Virus record (IMG/VR): IMGVR_UViG_3300034093_000922
Coordinates: 1 to 62,295 of that record
From: a virus
Lineage: Duplodnaviria > Caudoviricetes
Length of the DNA stretch: 62,295 bases
Strand: one strand, 5' to 3'
Shown: piece by piece, positions 37,739 through 45,883 of the stretch
Numbering within the stretch: the first letter of the stretch is position 1
Layout: each line of letters begins with the position of its first letter
Translations under genes and position numbers: made by a program
The notes under the pieces: model-generated
The model's database searches: none
What the model was told of the DNA's origin: nothing
The model's input: only the letters and a program-made list of their open reading frames with translations

Positions 37739-38212
37739 ATGAAAAGAATCGTTATATTTGATCTTGATGAAACTATCATCAACTCTGCCCACCGCACGCC
37801 TAACCGCGCTGACGGAACACTTGATCTTGATAAGTATTTTCAACTCAAAAATCGCGATTCTATCATGAAGGATAGCTTGCTACCTTTGGCTGACGTGTTC
37901 AAATCTTTAGATCGTAAAGAAAACTATGTAGTGATCTGCACGGCAAGAGCAATGGATCAGAACGATTACGATTTTCTTGAAGTTAATGGTTTAACGGCGC
38001 ATAACATAATGTGTCGGCCACTTGACGGCTCAGAAAATAAAATCCCTGACGCTGATTTGAAAGCTAGGAAAATTTCCAGATTGCGGAATCTTCGTCAATT
38101 CCGTAATCTACCTGTAATAATGTTTGATGATGCAAAACCTGTGATTGCTAAAATGCGTTCTATCGGTGTTGCTTGTATGAATGCGATAACTGTAAATCGT
38201 AAATTAGCATAA
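37739..38212 (+). CDS. HAD-family phosphatase (paralog 1)
   Basis: IFDLDETI, CTAR, K, MFDDA. Confidence 0.85.
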   Translation: MKRIVIFDLDETIINSAHRTPNRADGTLDLDKYFQLKNRDSIMKDSLLPLADVFKSLDRKENYVVICTARAMDQNDYDFLEVNGLTAHNIMCRPLDGSENKIPDADLKARKISRLRNLRQFRNLPVIMFDDAKPVIAKMRSIGVACMNAITVNRKLA

Positions 38213-38223
38213 AAGGTAATAAA

Positions 38224-38733
38224 ATGAAGTATGGAGTCGAAAGATTAAGTTGGGCGTTAAATAGTTTTTTTATAGTTGCAGTTCTAACTTTTGGAATTAA
38301 TAACTATTCTGATGTTTTAGCGCAAGACTTGTTGGATAAAATTAGCGATATTGATCGCCATTGCTTGCATCAAAATGTATATTTTGAAGCGGGAAATCAG
38401 AGTATAAAAGGAAAAGTAGGGGTTGCTTGGGTTACTCTTAACAGAGTAAGAAGCCAAGAATTTCCTAATACAATTTGCGAAGTGGTATGGCAGGACAAGC
38501 AATTTTCTTGGACTCAAGATGGCAAGCCTGATGAGCCCGCAGAAAATGATGCAGATCGCCGTGCTTGGGAAGATGCGGGGCTAATCTCAGAAATCGTGCT
38601 TTTTGAATGGCTAAAAGGCAGCAATGGGCCTGTCGCGGGTGCTACGTATTATCATGCTGATTATGTAAATCCTGATTGGGCTAAAGAGAAAAAATGGCTG
38701 GGCATAATTGATGATCACATTTTCTATAAGTAA
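38224..38733 (+). CDS. SleB-like cell wall hydrolase (Hydrolase_2)
   Basis: CL..NVYFEA..G..V.LNRV..FPNTIC.VV.Q..QFSW..GATYYHA..V.P.W..H.FY; N-terminal TM/signal. Confidence 0.9.
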   Translation: MKYGVERLSWALNSFFIVAVLTFGINNYSDVLAQDLLDKISDIDRHCLHQNVYFEAGNQSIKGKVGVAWVTLNRVRSQEFPNTICEVVWQDKQFSWTQDGKPDEPAENDADRRAWEDAGLISEIVLFEWLKGSNGPVAGATYYHADYVNPDWAKEKKWLGIIDDHIFYK

Positions 38734-38865
38734 TTCAATGAGTTAAGGGGTGGGCCGCCCAGCGCCGTAACTGCTTGAAAACACACACTTTTATTTGCTA
38801 TTGCATAGCACAACGAATCACGCTATAAAGATAATATGGAAACGGACAACATAGGAGAGTCCAAA

Positions 38866-39213
38866 ATGGCTAAAAAAATCAAAGCTGCCCAGAAAAATAA
38901 AACTAACCCGTTTACTCTGCTTTATAAGGACAAAGAAACTGGGGAAATCTTCACTCATCAGTTTCTTCATCACGAAGAAGAAGTTTATGGCGAAGAATTG
39001 AGCCAATTTTTGCTGCTTCCAGCTACAGAATCTTGGCTGGAGATGTGGAAAGGGCCAGTGCCCCGCAAGCAGGTAAAAGCGCTTGCAAAGCATTTGGAAG
39101 TGATAGCCGTAGTATATGGCCACACAAGCATCGAAACTCCTTGCGAAAAGGGAAGTGAATGGAATCCCAAGCTTGACATTTTTGGTAAACCTAATCTGCG
39201 ATTGGTACACTAA
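38866..39213 (+). CDS. Hypothetical protein
   Basis: AGGAG RBS before MAKKIK. Confidence 0.65.
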   Translation: MAKKIKAAQKNKTNPFTLLYKDKETGEIFTHQFLHHEEEVYGEELSQFLLLPATESWLEMWKGPVPRKQVKALAKHLEVIAVVYGHTSIETPCEKGSEWNPKLDIFGKPNLRLVH

Positions 39214-39357
39214 AAAAAACCTAGCTAACCAATTGGTTAGCTAGGGCAGCGCCCCGCCCGCTAACCCCTTGAAACTACACGCTTTTATTGTTGTTGACGT
39301 GGCCCAACGAATACTCTATAAAGATCATAAGGAAACGCAGACAAAGGAAAAACTGCA

Positions 39358-40068
39358 ATGGCTCATAAATCCACACTTTTCATGGTCACAGATATTGAAA
39401 CCACGCTACGCAAGCGCATTGCGTTCGATATTGCATGGCGCACAATTGATCGTAAGGGCAAGGTTTATGCCGAAGGCTCGTATGTAATCCGCGAAGCATT
39501 CAACCTAGACGTTCCTTTTTTCGCTACAAAGCTAGGTCATTATTTTGATGATGCCTATGCAAAGCGAATTGTTCCCGCTAGCATTTTAGAGGTTCGCACG
39601 GAATATAATAAGCAAATTGCAGACTTTCAAGATGCGGGCCATCGCGTTATTCCCTGCGCTTATAATGCTGCATTTGATTTTAAGTATATGCCAGAAACAT
39701 TGCAGCAGCTTACGGGCAATTCTAATGCGCGTTGGTTAGATCGCAAGGTTGAATTGATGGACATTTGGGCTTATTGGGGCGCAAGCGTTCCTAAAAACTA
39801 CAAAGCTAATGCAAGCAAATCTGGCAACTATTATTCCACAAGCGCCGAAAGTGCTTTCCGCTTTGAGTTTAACCAAGCCGATTTTGTTGAGCGTCATATT
39901 GCTTGGCACGATTGCGTTATTGAAGGCGATATTTTGCAAAAAGCCCTTGCTCGCCGTAAGGCTTTGCATACTGTTCAAAGCCCCAAGCAATTTGCTGGCG
40001 CTATCTGGAAATCTATTAATACCCGTCTGGGTATTACTGGCAATCAATCTTTAGTTGTGGGGGCATAA
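39358..40068 (+). CDS. DnaQ-like (DEDDh) 3'-5' exonuclease
   Basis: TDIETT, AYNAAFD, H.A..D motifs. Confidence 0.8.
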   Translation: MAHKSTLFMVTDIETTLRKRIAFDIAWRTIDRKGKVYAEGSYVIREAFNLDVPFFATKLGHYFDDAYAKRIVPASILEVRTEYNKQIADFQDAGHRVIPCAYNAAFDFKYMPETLQQLTGNSNARWLDRKVELMDIWAYWGASVPKNYKANASKSGNYYSTSAESAFRFEFNQADFVERHIAWHDCVIEGDILQKALARRKALHTVQSPKQFAGAIWKSINTRLGITGNQSLVVGA

Positions 40069-40275
40069 ATGCAAGAGATCTGGAAAGCTTGGCCGCAATG
40101 GCTAACAGATGCGGCCATTGCAGCCTATCGCGCGGGTGAAACGCCAGAAGCAATAGGCGCGGTTCTAAAACGCCGCCCTGCGGTTGTCCGCTCTAAGCTA
40201 GTGCGGGAAGGGGTATATATATCAAAAACCGCTGCACGCAAAATTTATGTAGCCGAATCAGCTGAGGGGTTCTAG
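40069..40275 (+). CDS. A2-like HTH DNA-binding protein (short paralog)
   Basis: Y.AG..E.I...L.R....VRSKLVREGVY. Confidence 0.65.
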   Translation: MQEIWKAWPQWLTDAAIAAYRAGETPEAIGAVLKRRPAVVRSKLVREGVYISKTAARKIYVAESAEGF

Positions 40276-40276
40276 G

Positions 40277-40462
40277 ATGAAAAAAACTCTAACGAAAACA
40301 GGCACTTGCAGGCATTGCACGATAAATTGCTATGCTGAAAGCAAAGGCAATCCCACAATATGGCCTTGCGGTGTTGAGGGTTGCCCCTATCCTACCGCGC
40401 AAATTATTCAATTTCCTCAATCGTTTACGGGGTCAAGCCTGCTACAAATCGTAGGGAACTGA
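40277..40462 (+). CDS. Small Cys-rich (zinc finger-like) protein
   Basis: CRHC..C..WPC...CP. Confidence 0.5.
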   Translation: MKKTLTKTGTCRHCTINCYAESKGNPTIWPCGVEGCPYPTAQIIQFPQSFTGSSLLQIVGN

Positions 40463-40627
40463 AAAAACCCTGCAAGTTCAAGGACTTGCAGGGGGCGGCG
40501 CCCCGCCTCCTAACTGCTTGATTTTGCAGGGAATAAATCGTGCATCTGACGTGATTTTGTTCTTGCTATTTGCCGAATCATCGCGTATATATAATACATA
40601 GAAACGGACAACATAGGAGAGTCCAAC

Positions 40628-40942
40628 ATGGCTGCTGAGAAAAAAGTAAACTACACTGAAGCACAGACTGTCGCAATGATCGCTAACTATCAAGCGGGTC
40701 AATCGGTCGAGGACATTGCAGACGCAATGGGCAAGGCTGTTCGGTCGGTTCGGTCGAAGCTGGTTCGGGAAGGCGTGTATGTCGCCGCTGAAAAGGCTGC
40801 AAAGTCGAAGCGTGAGGAAGGCCCCACGAAAAAGGAAATGCTGCAAGAGCTGGAAACTCTCGCCACCTTTCCCGTTGAAGGCTTCATGGGTGCAACTAAA
40901 GAGTCGATTCAAGCTCTTATTTCGCATCTAAAGACCGCTTAA
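40628..40942 (+). CDS. A2-like HTH DNA-binding protein
   Basis: NYT..Y.AG..VE.IA...GK.VRSVRSKLVREGVY..GPTKKE..ATKE. Confidence 0.7.
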   Translation: MAAEKKVNYTEAQTVAMIANYQAGQSVEDIADAMGKAVRSVRSKLVREGVYVAAEKAAKSKREEGPTKKEMLQELETLATFPVEGFMGATKESIQALISHLKTA

Positions 40943-40977
40943 AGAATAAGCTAGGCGTGAAAGCGCCTAGCTACTAT

Positions 40978-41068
40978 GGCCCGCGCTTGGTGCTACCCGT
41001 TTAGATAGCTGGCGCTATCTTGACAACCTCGCCAGAGGGGGGATGCGGTTCGATTCCGCAGCAGGCCT
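40978..41068 (+). ncRNA. tRNA-like element with non-canonical D and anticodon arms
   Basis: Acceptor GGCCCGC/GCAGGCC (6 of 7 pairs); T-arm TGCGG-TTCGATT-CCGCA. Confidence 0.5.
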
Positions 41069-41215
41069 TTCATCCTTGAAAAAGTGATTGATTTCAGTCA
41101 CTTAGAGGGGGCCGCGCCCCACCTCGTAACTACTTGATTCTAAACGAAAACTTAGCTATTGACTTGTTGGATCTATCGGCGTATAAATAGACAGGAAATA
41201 GAAAAGGAACTAACC

Positions 41216-41671
41216 ATGATTACTAACATCTCAATCTTCGATATGGACGGAACTATCATCGATAGTTCGCATCGCCAAGTCACTTTGCCAGATGGAACTC
41301 TGGACCTATCGGCTTGGATCGAAAATTGCTCTCCTGAAATGATCTTTCAAGATAAGGTCTTGCCTCTGGCTCAACAGATCCGCAAGCGTCAAAAAGCTGG
41401 CGATTATGTTTTGATTTGCACGGCTCGCGTTATGCGCCATGCAGATTATGAGTTTTTGATGGATAACGGGATTTGCCCCGATAAAATCATTTCTCGCCCT
41501 ATGGGTAATAATGAGCCAGACGGCCAGCTTAAAGCCAAGCAATTGTCTAAGCTGTTCAATCTAAAGCAATTCAAACGCGCTTCAAAAATAATGTTTGACG
41601 ATGCGGCTTCTGTTCGGACCGCTCTGCGTAAGATTGGAATTGCGGTTCTTCACCCTCGAAAAGTTCATTGA
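41216..41671 (+). CDS. HAD-family phosphatase (paralog 2)
   Basis: IFDMDGTI, CTAR, MFDDA; clear similarity to 37739..38212. Confidence 0.85.
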   Translation: MITNISIFDMDGTIIDSSHRQVTLPDGTLDLSAWIENCSPEMIFQDKVLPLAQQIRKRQKAGDYVLICTARVMRHADYEFLMDNGICPDKIISRPMGNNEPDGQLKAKQLSKLFNLKQFKRASKIMFDDAASVRTALRKIGIAVLHPRKVH

Positions 41672-41791
41672 TTTCAATGGCTTAAGAGGGGGCCGCCCCG
41701 GCTGCTAACTCATTGATAACACGCAATAAAATACTTCTTGCACTGTTCTATATTTTTGCGCTATAGTTAATCATCAAAAGGAGAAATAGAA

Positions 41792-42019
41792 ATGGAAGCA
41801 CCTCATGTATACGTTGTCCACTACCAAGGCAGGGACGTTGAATGCTACGGCACGTTGGAAGAAGATAGCAATTTCAGCGTTGTCTGCGATGATGAATCTG
41901 ATGATGATGTTTGGACTGATGGCGATCCTGATAACGAATCATTTACCACTTGGGAAGATGTAGTAGCTTGTCTGCAAATGCACTTTGACTCAGACATTCA
42001 AGAAATCTCGGCTTGCTAA
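41792..42019 (+). CDS. Highly acidic small protein
   Basis: 21 D/E versus 1 R in 75 aa; own promoter and SD. Confidence 0.7.
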   Translation: MEAPHVYVVHYQGRDVECYGTLEEDSNFSVVCDDESDDDVWTDGDPDNESFTTWEDVVACLQMHFDSDIQEISAC

Positions 42020-42153
42020 GAAAACCCCTTGTAACTCATTGAATTACAAGGGGTGGCGCCCCTACCCCTAAGCCACTGATAACACACAATAAAATAGCTC
42101 TTGCAATCCACAGCGAATCGGCGTATAAAGAATCATCATCAAAGGAGATACAG

Positions 42154-42321
42154 ATGAAAGCTAAAGAAGCCATTGCCAAGATTGAAGAAATCATGACTCT
42201 GGTATATGATGGATATGGTGAGCCTATGCACCCTTTTGAGCGTGTGAGCATGATTAACACTGTGATCCGCCGCTACAAAAAAAGCCTGCTGAAAAAGGAA
42301 AGCCAAGATGCGCCTTCGTGA
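42154..42321 (+). CDS. Hypothetical protein (55 aa, not in ORF track)
   Basis: AAGGAG RBS; MKAKEAIAKIEE.. Confidence 0.6.
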   Translation: MKAKEAIAKIEEIMTLVYDGYGEPMHPFERVSMINTVIRRYKKSLLKKESQDAPS

Positions 42322-42535
42322 GGGCGCATGGTATGCAACACAACGGGGCCGAGTCGTTGGCCCTGTTATGCGAATGAATCACGCCGTCACCGAATCCTTC
42401 TGGTTTGAAGATTACTTTGAAACTGGAATTTGGAATCGTTTCGGCTGGTGTCACCCTGAAACAAAAACAGGGTATAGTTATGGAAACTTGGTGCAAGAGG
42501 TAGAGGAGCCAGCACATGAAACAAATTTGGTGTGA
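42308..42535 (+). CDS. Hypothetical protein
   Basis: G.WY.T..GRVVGP..W...G..LV.E pattern. Confidence 0.6.
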   Translation: MRLREGAWYATQRGRVVGPVMRMNHAVTESFWFEDYFETGIWNRFGWCHPETKTGYSYGNLVQEVEEPAHETNLV

Positions 42536-42716
42536 ATGGGATATCGGGCAGGAACGCTTGGTTTTTCGCAATGACGACGCGGCAATGCGATGGATTCGCA
42601 ATAACCCGCTTCTACAAGAAGATGCTGAGGAAGATGCGGTTGACATTGAGACGTATATCCAAGACCTGTTCGATGGAGGAGAGCTAGATTTTATTGACCT
42701 CGAAGTTATCGAATAA
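42516..42716 (+). CDS. Acidic small protein
   Basis: GAGGAG RBS; WCEWDIGQE. Confidence 0.65.
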   Translation: MKQIWCEWDIGQERLVFRNDDAAMRWIRNNPLLQEDAEEDAVDIETYIQDLFDGGELDFIDLEVIE

Positions 42717-42835
42717 AAACAAGGGGTTAGCAGCCCCGGCGTCCCGATCGCTAACTCATTGATATTACGGAGTAATTTAGTGCTTGCAACGTCCCACGAA
42801 CTGTTCTATAAAGACTTATCAAGAAAGGAAATCAT

Positions 42836-42952
42836 ATGGAACTGAACGAATACATCGACTACCTGAATAGCCTGTTCATTCAGGAAGTGCTGGACTTCGA
42901 CTATTATGTCGAGGGCAAGCGTTCAACTGTTGACTCACTCACAATTCTCTGA
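42836..42952 (+). CDS. Small acidic peptide (38 aa, not in ORF track)
   Basis: Promoter plus AAGGA RBS; MELNEYIDYLNS.. Confidence 0.5.
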   Translation: MELNEYIDYLNSLFIQEVLDFDYYVEGKRSTVDSLTIL

Positions 42953-42963
42953 AAGGGAAAGAT

Positions 42964-43197
42964 ATGACCACCTACACTGTAATCTGGCGTGATACTGGCG
43001 ATGAATTTATGTTCACTGACGTATCTTTAGAGGGTAACCCTAACGGAATGTCAACTTATGACTGGATCGAACTAGCAAGCGCGATTGAGTATATCGACTT
43101 TGCTACCGATGAATACGAAGAAATTATGAAAGGCCTGCGTAATACAGGCTATGATTTATTGGCTGTTGTTGTCGGCCCTCTCACTCATGTAATCTGA
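42964..43197 (+). CDS. Acidic small protein
   Basis: ORF with RBS. Confidence 0.6.
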   Translation: MTTYTVIWRDTGDEFMFTDVSLEGNPNGMSTYDWIELASAIEYIDFATDEYEEIMKGLRNTGYDLLAVVVGPLTHVI

Positions 43198-43209
43198 AAG
43201 GAAAATAAA

Positions 43210-43434
43210 ATGTATGTTCTGCTTTATACCAATGCCGAAGCCCATCCTTGCTATGTTCAGGGAACATTGGCCGAAATCAACGCTCATATCCGCAGCGAAT
43301 GCGAATGCGGAAACATTGATCGCGAAGATTGGGAATTCTCTGGGCCGTTTGAGTTTCTTTGCATTGAAGATGGTAAGCTAACGCCAGTCAATTCATGGGA
43401 AATGACTAATATTCCTCAATTTTGGGTGAACTGA
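43210..43434 (+). CDS. Acidic small protein
   Basis: AAGGA RBS. Confidence 0.6.
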   Translation: MYVLLYTNAEAHPCYVQGTLAEINAHIRSECECGNIDREDWEFSGPFEFLCIEDGKLTPVNSWEMTNIPQFWVN

Positions 43435-43435
43435 A

Positions 43436-43681
43436 ATGCTGATCTGTTACTTTATCGCAAACGTTCTAATGATTTCAGATGGCACAATAGCTAACCCCTT
43501 GACTTCGTTGCAGAATATCCAGCTGCAACGGAGTTGGGGCGATAGCCTAGGCCTATCAGCGCGCACAACCGGCGGAAATATTGTATACTATACTCTAGAT
43601 CCGATCGACACAAATTTAACTGTCGACGAGATTTTATTGCGCTGCGAAGAATCAGCATTTGACCCTGTATTTCATCCATGA
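43436..43681 (+). CDS. Hypothetical protein
   Basis: Abuts upstream stop. Confidence 0.5.
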   Translation: MLICYFIANVLMISDGTIANPLTSLQNIQLQRSWGDSLGLSARTTGGNIVYYTLDPIDTNLTVDEILLRCEESAFDPVFHP

Positions 43682-43856
43682 TAACAAGGGGTTAGGACCC
43701 CCGGCGCCCCGGCTGCTAAGTGCTTGATATCGTTGGATAATCTAATTTGTAACCCATTGATATCATTCACTATTAAAACTCACTTTTCTGTTGCAACCCT
43801 GTTTCTGTCATGCTATACATAATCATCAGAAACGAACAACCCAAAAGGAGATTTTC

Positions 43857-44168
43857 ATGGCTGTTCAAAAATCCGCGAACTACACTGCCGAGTTGACCGC
43901 TGCTATCGTTGACCAATACACCTCTGGTCAAGGTGTCGAAGCTATTGCCGAGGCTATCGGCAAAAGCGTTCGTTCGGTCCGCTCCAAACTCGTCCGCGAG
44001 GGCGTTTATGTGGCGGCTGAAAAGCCCAAAGGTGCGGCCCGTGAGTTGGGTCCGACCAAAAAAGAACTTTTGATTGAGTTGGAAGCGTTGGTTTCCTACC
44101 CCGTCGAAGGTTTGATGGGTGCGACCAAAGAAGCCATTGCGGCTTTGATCGCTAACGCAAAAAACTAA
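43857..44168 (+). CDS. A2-like HTH DNA-binding protein
   Basis: NYT..GKSVRSVRSKLVREGVYVAAEK..GPTKKE..GATKE. Confidence 0.7.
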   Translation: MAVQKSANYTAELTAAIVDQYTSGQGVEAIAEAIGKSVRSVRSKLVREGVYVAAEKPKGAARELGPTKKELLIELEALVSYPVEGLMGATKEAIAALIANAKN

Positions 44169-44190
44169 GCTTATCAACAGCTTAGGTAAA

Positions 44191-44218
44191 AGGCCCTGCT
44201 TCGGCAGGGCCTTTTTTT
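44191..44218 (+). terminator. Rho-independent terminator
   Basis: AGGCCCTGC-TTCG-GCAGGGCCT followed by T run. Confidence 0.9.
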
Positions 44219-44373
44219 ATATGTCAAGGCCTAAAAAACTGAGCAATATCAAGGACTTACGGGTGGGGGCGCTCCATCGTCTAATGTATTGATAACACAA
44301 AGAAACTTTTACGTTGCTTGATGGTGTTTGGCGTGCTAGTATTAAGAGTAACCTAGAAAACAGGAGAACTAAA

Positions 44374-44901
44374 ATGCCTAACTGGTGCGATAACACACTG
44401 TATATCGAAAGCGATAAAGAAACTATTGCTCATATTGTAGAAGCAATTGAACAAGGTAAGATGCTACACTTTATGAATCCAATGCCTGAAGATAAGGCAG
44501 AAGATTGGTATAGCTGGCGGGTTGATAATTGGGGAACCAAATGGGAAGTTGAAGCTCATATTGACAGCGAGCATGATGAAACCAGCGTAAGCATTTGGTT
44601 TGACTCTGCTTGGGCACCTCCTACTGGCGCATACGATAGCTTTTACAATCGAATGAATGAACTAAATCGTCCTATCGAGATTAGAGCGGAGTATATCGAA
44701 TGGGGTGGAATGTTTTGCGGGGAATGGGTTAACGGGTCAGATGAATGCTGGATAATTCCTGACAATGTAGAAGAAGCTAAAGGCAACATACCTGAAGAAA
44801 TTCTAGAGCATTTTAACATTCTAGAAACTCTAGAGTGCTGTGCAGAGAATGAAGATAAAACTGAAAAAGAAAAGGAAGTAGATCATGCAGATGACGTATG
44901 A
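44374..44901 (+). CDS. DUF1281/YubB ferredoxin-like domain protein
   Basis: MPNWC.N.L..WY.WR..NWGTKWE..FDSAW.PP. Confidence 0.75.
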   Translation: MPNWCDNTLYIESDKETIAHIVEAIEQGKMLHFMNPMPEDKAEDWYSWRVDNWGTKWEVEAHIDSEHDETSVSIWFDSAWAPPTGAYDSFYNRMNELNRPIEIRAEYIEWGGMFCGEWVNGSDECWIIPDNVEEAKGNIPEEILEHFNILETLECCAENEDKTEKEKEVDHADDV

Positions 44902-45055
44902 AGCTTGGATGGCTGCTGTAAACGCTATTCTGCTTAGAGACTATGAACTAAGCACAGAATATCTGCCAGATTGGCCTAGTCATGATAACTGGAGCGATGG
45001 TGTAAGCCCTGAAGAAGGGGCTGAAGTCTGCCTAGAAGAATCAGAAATGTTTTAG
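44885..45055 (+). CDS. Small acidic protein (56 aa), similar to 58579..58785
   Basis: YEAW...V..IL..LPD......W.DG..P; not in ORF track. Confidence 0.6.
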   Translation: MQMTYEAWMAAVNAILLRDYELSTEYLPDWPSHDNWSDGVSPEEGAEVCLEESEMF

Positions 45056-45556
45056 GAAAATGCAGCGTAATCAATGGGTTACGCTGCACAGCGCCCAGGC
45101 TGCTAAGCTATTGAAATCGTTCAGTTGTTCCTACTGTTAACTCATTGATTTTACTTGCAAATGCTGTGCTTGCTAAGCTATTGAAATCATTCATCTATTG
45201 CTGCTGTTAACCCGTTGAAAATGCACAATATTCCCTCTCAATGCTACCACTCACATTCACTTTACATCTGCTTGCTAACTCATTGATTTCATTCAACTTT
45301 TTCTGCTAGCAATGCTGCAGCATTGCGCCAGTGCAAAACAGAAGTACAAAGTTGATGTCGGGCTGCCACGCTAAGCAATAGCTAAATTGATTTTTATGCA
45401 GCTTTGCTGTGCAAAGCACCAGTACAAAGTAGAAATTTGAAGTACAAAGGCGATCTGCTACGTTTGACCACATCTAAATGGCAGTAAGTGCTCCGCTGCG
45501 CCAGTGCAAAATAGAAACGTTTTTTTGAAGAGTGTGGCGGCAATGCTGCCGCACCT

Positions 45557-45673
45557 ATGTTCCCGATCGGGAACATTTAGCCAAAATATCCCAACAACTG
45601 CTTATTTGTTACCGATCGGGAACATTTAGCCAAAATATCCCAACAACTGCTTATTTGTTACCGATCGGGAACA
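45557..45673. repeat. 49-bp tandem repeat x2.3 containing the palindrome TGTT(C/A)CCGATCGGGAACA
   Basis: Units start at 45563, 45612, 45661. Confidence 0.9.
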
Positions 45674-45883
45674 CAAGCCTCCGTCGCCAATCAGTCGAGG
45701 TGCCCTGCGCCAGTATGATAGTGGAATTTTGGGGGTTTGTCAAGCGTAAAGTGGCGGCAGGTTGTGTTTTGAGATGAGCCTATGTGTAAAATGACGTGCT
45801 AGCGTCAAGCAGCTACGTCAAAATAGAGTTTGCATATCAGCTTGTTATCAGCTATATTGAATCATCAACAAAGGAGAATCAGC

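Larger units (their letters stand above)
36911..45116. repeat. Twelve dispersed 48-bp dyads: inverted IHF-consensus sites around a 22-bp GC-rich core
   Basis: Copies at 36911, 37616, 38733, 39227, 40476, 41092, 41672, 42034, 42717, 43682, 44247, 45069. Confidence 0.85.

Noticed and set aside
36924-45103. Central GCGC cores as T5-type nick sites
   Set aside because: T5 nicks precede GCGC, but only the CG is invariant here and the flanks do not support a match. Kept only as a testable option.
36911-45116. Dyad repeats as integron attC sites or dif/pdif sites
   Set aside because: The order is GTTA..TAAC, opposite to attC (RYYYAAC..GTTRRRY). The spacer is 22 bp, not the 6 bp of dif. There is no tyrosine recombinase in the window, and the cassettes carry their own promoters.
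45557-45673. CRISPR mini-array
   Set aside because: The intervening sequences are identical (pure tandem repeat), so there are no unique spacers, and there are no cas genes.
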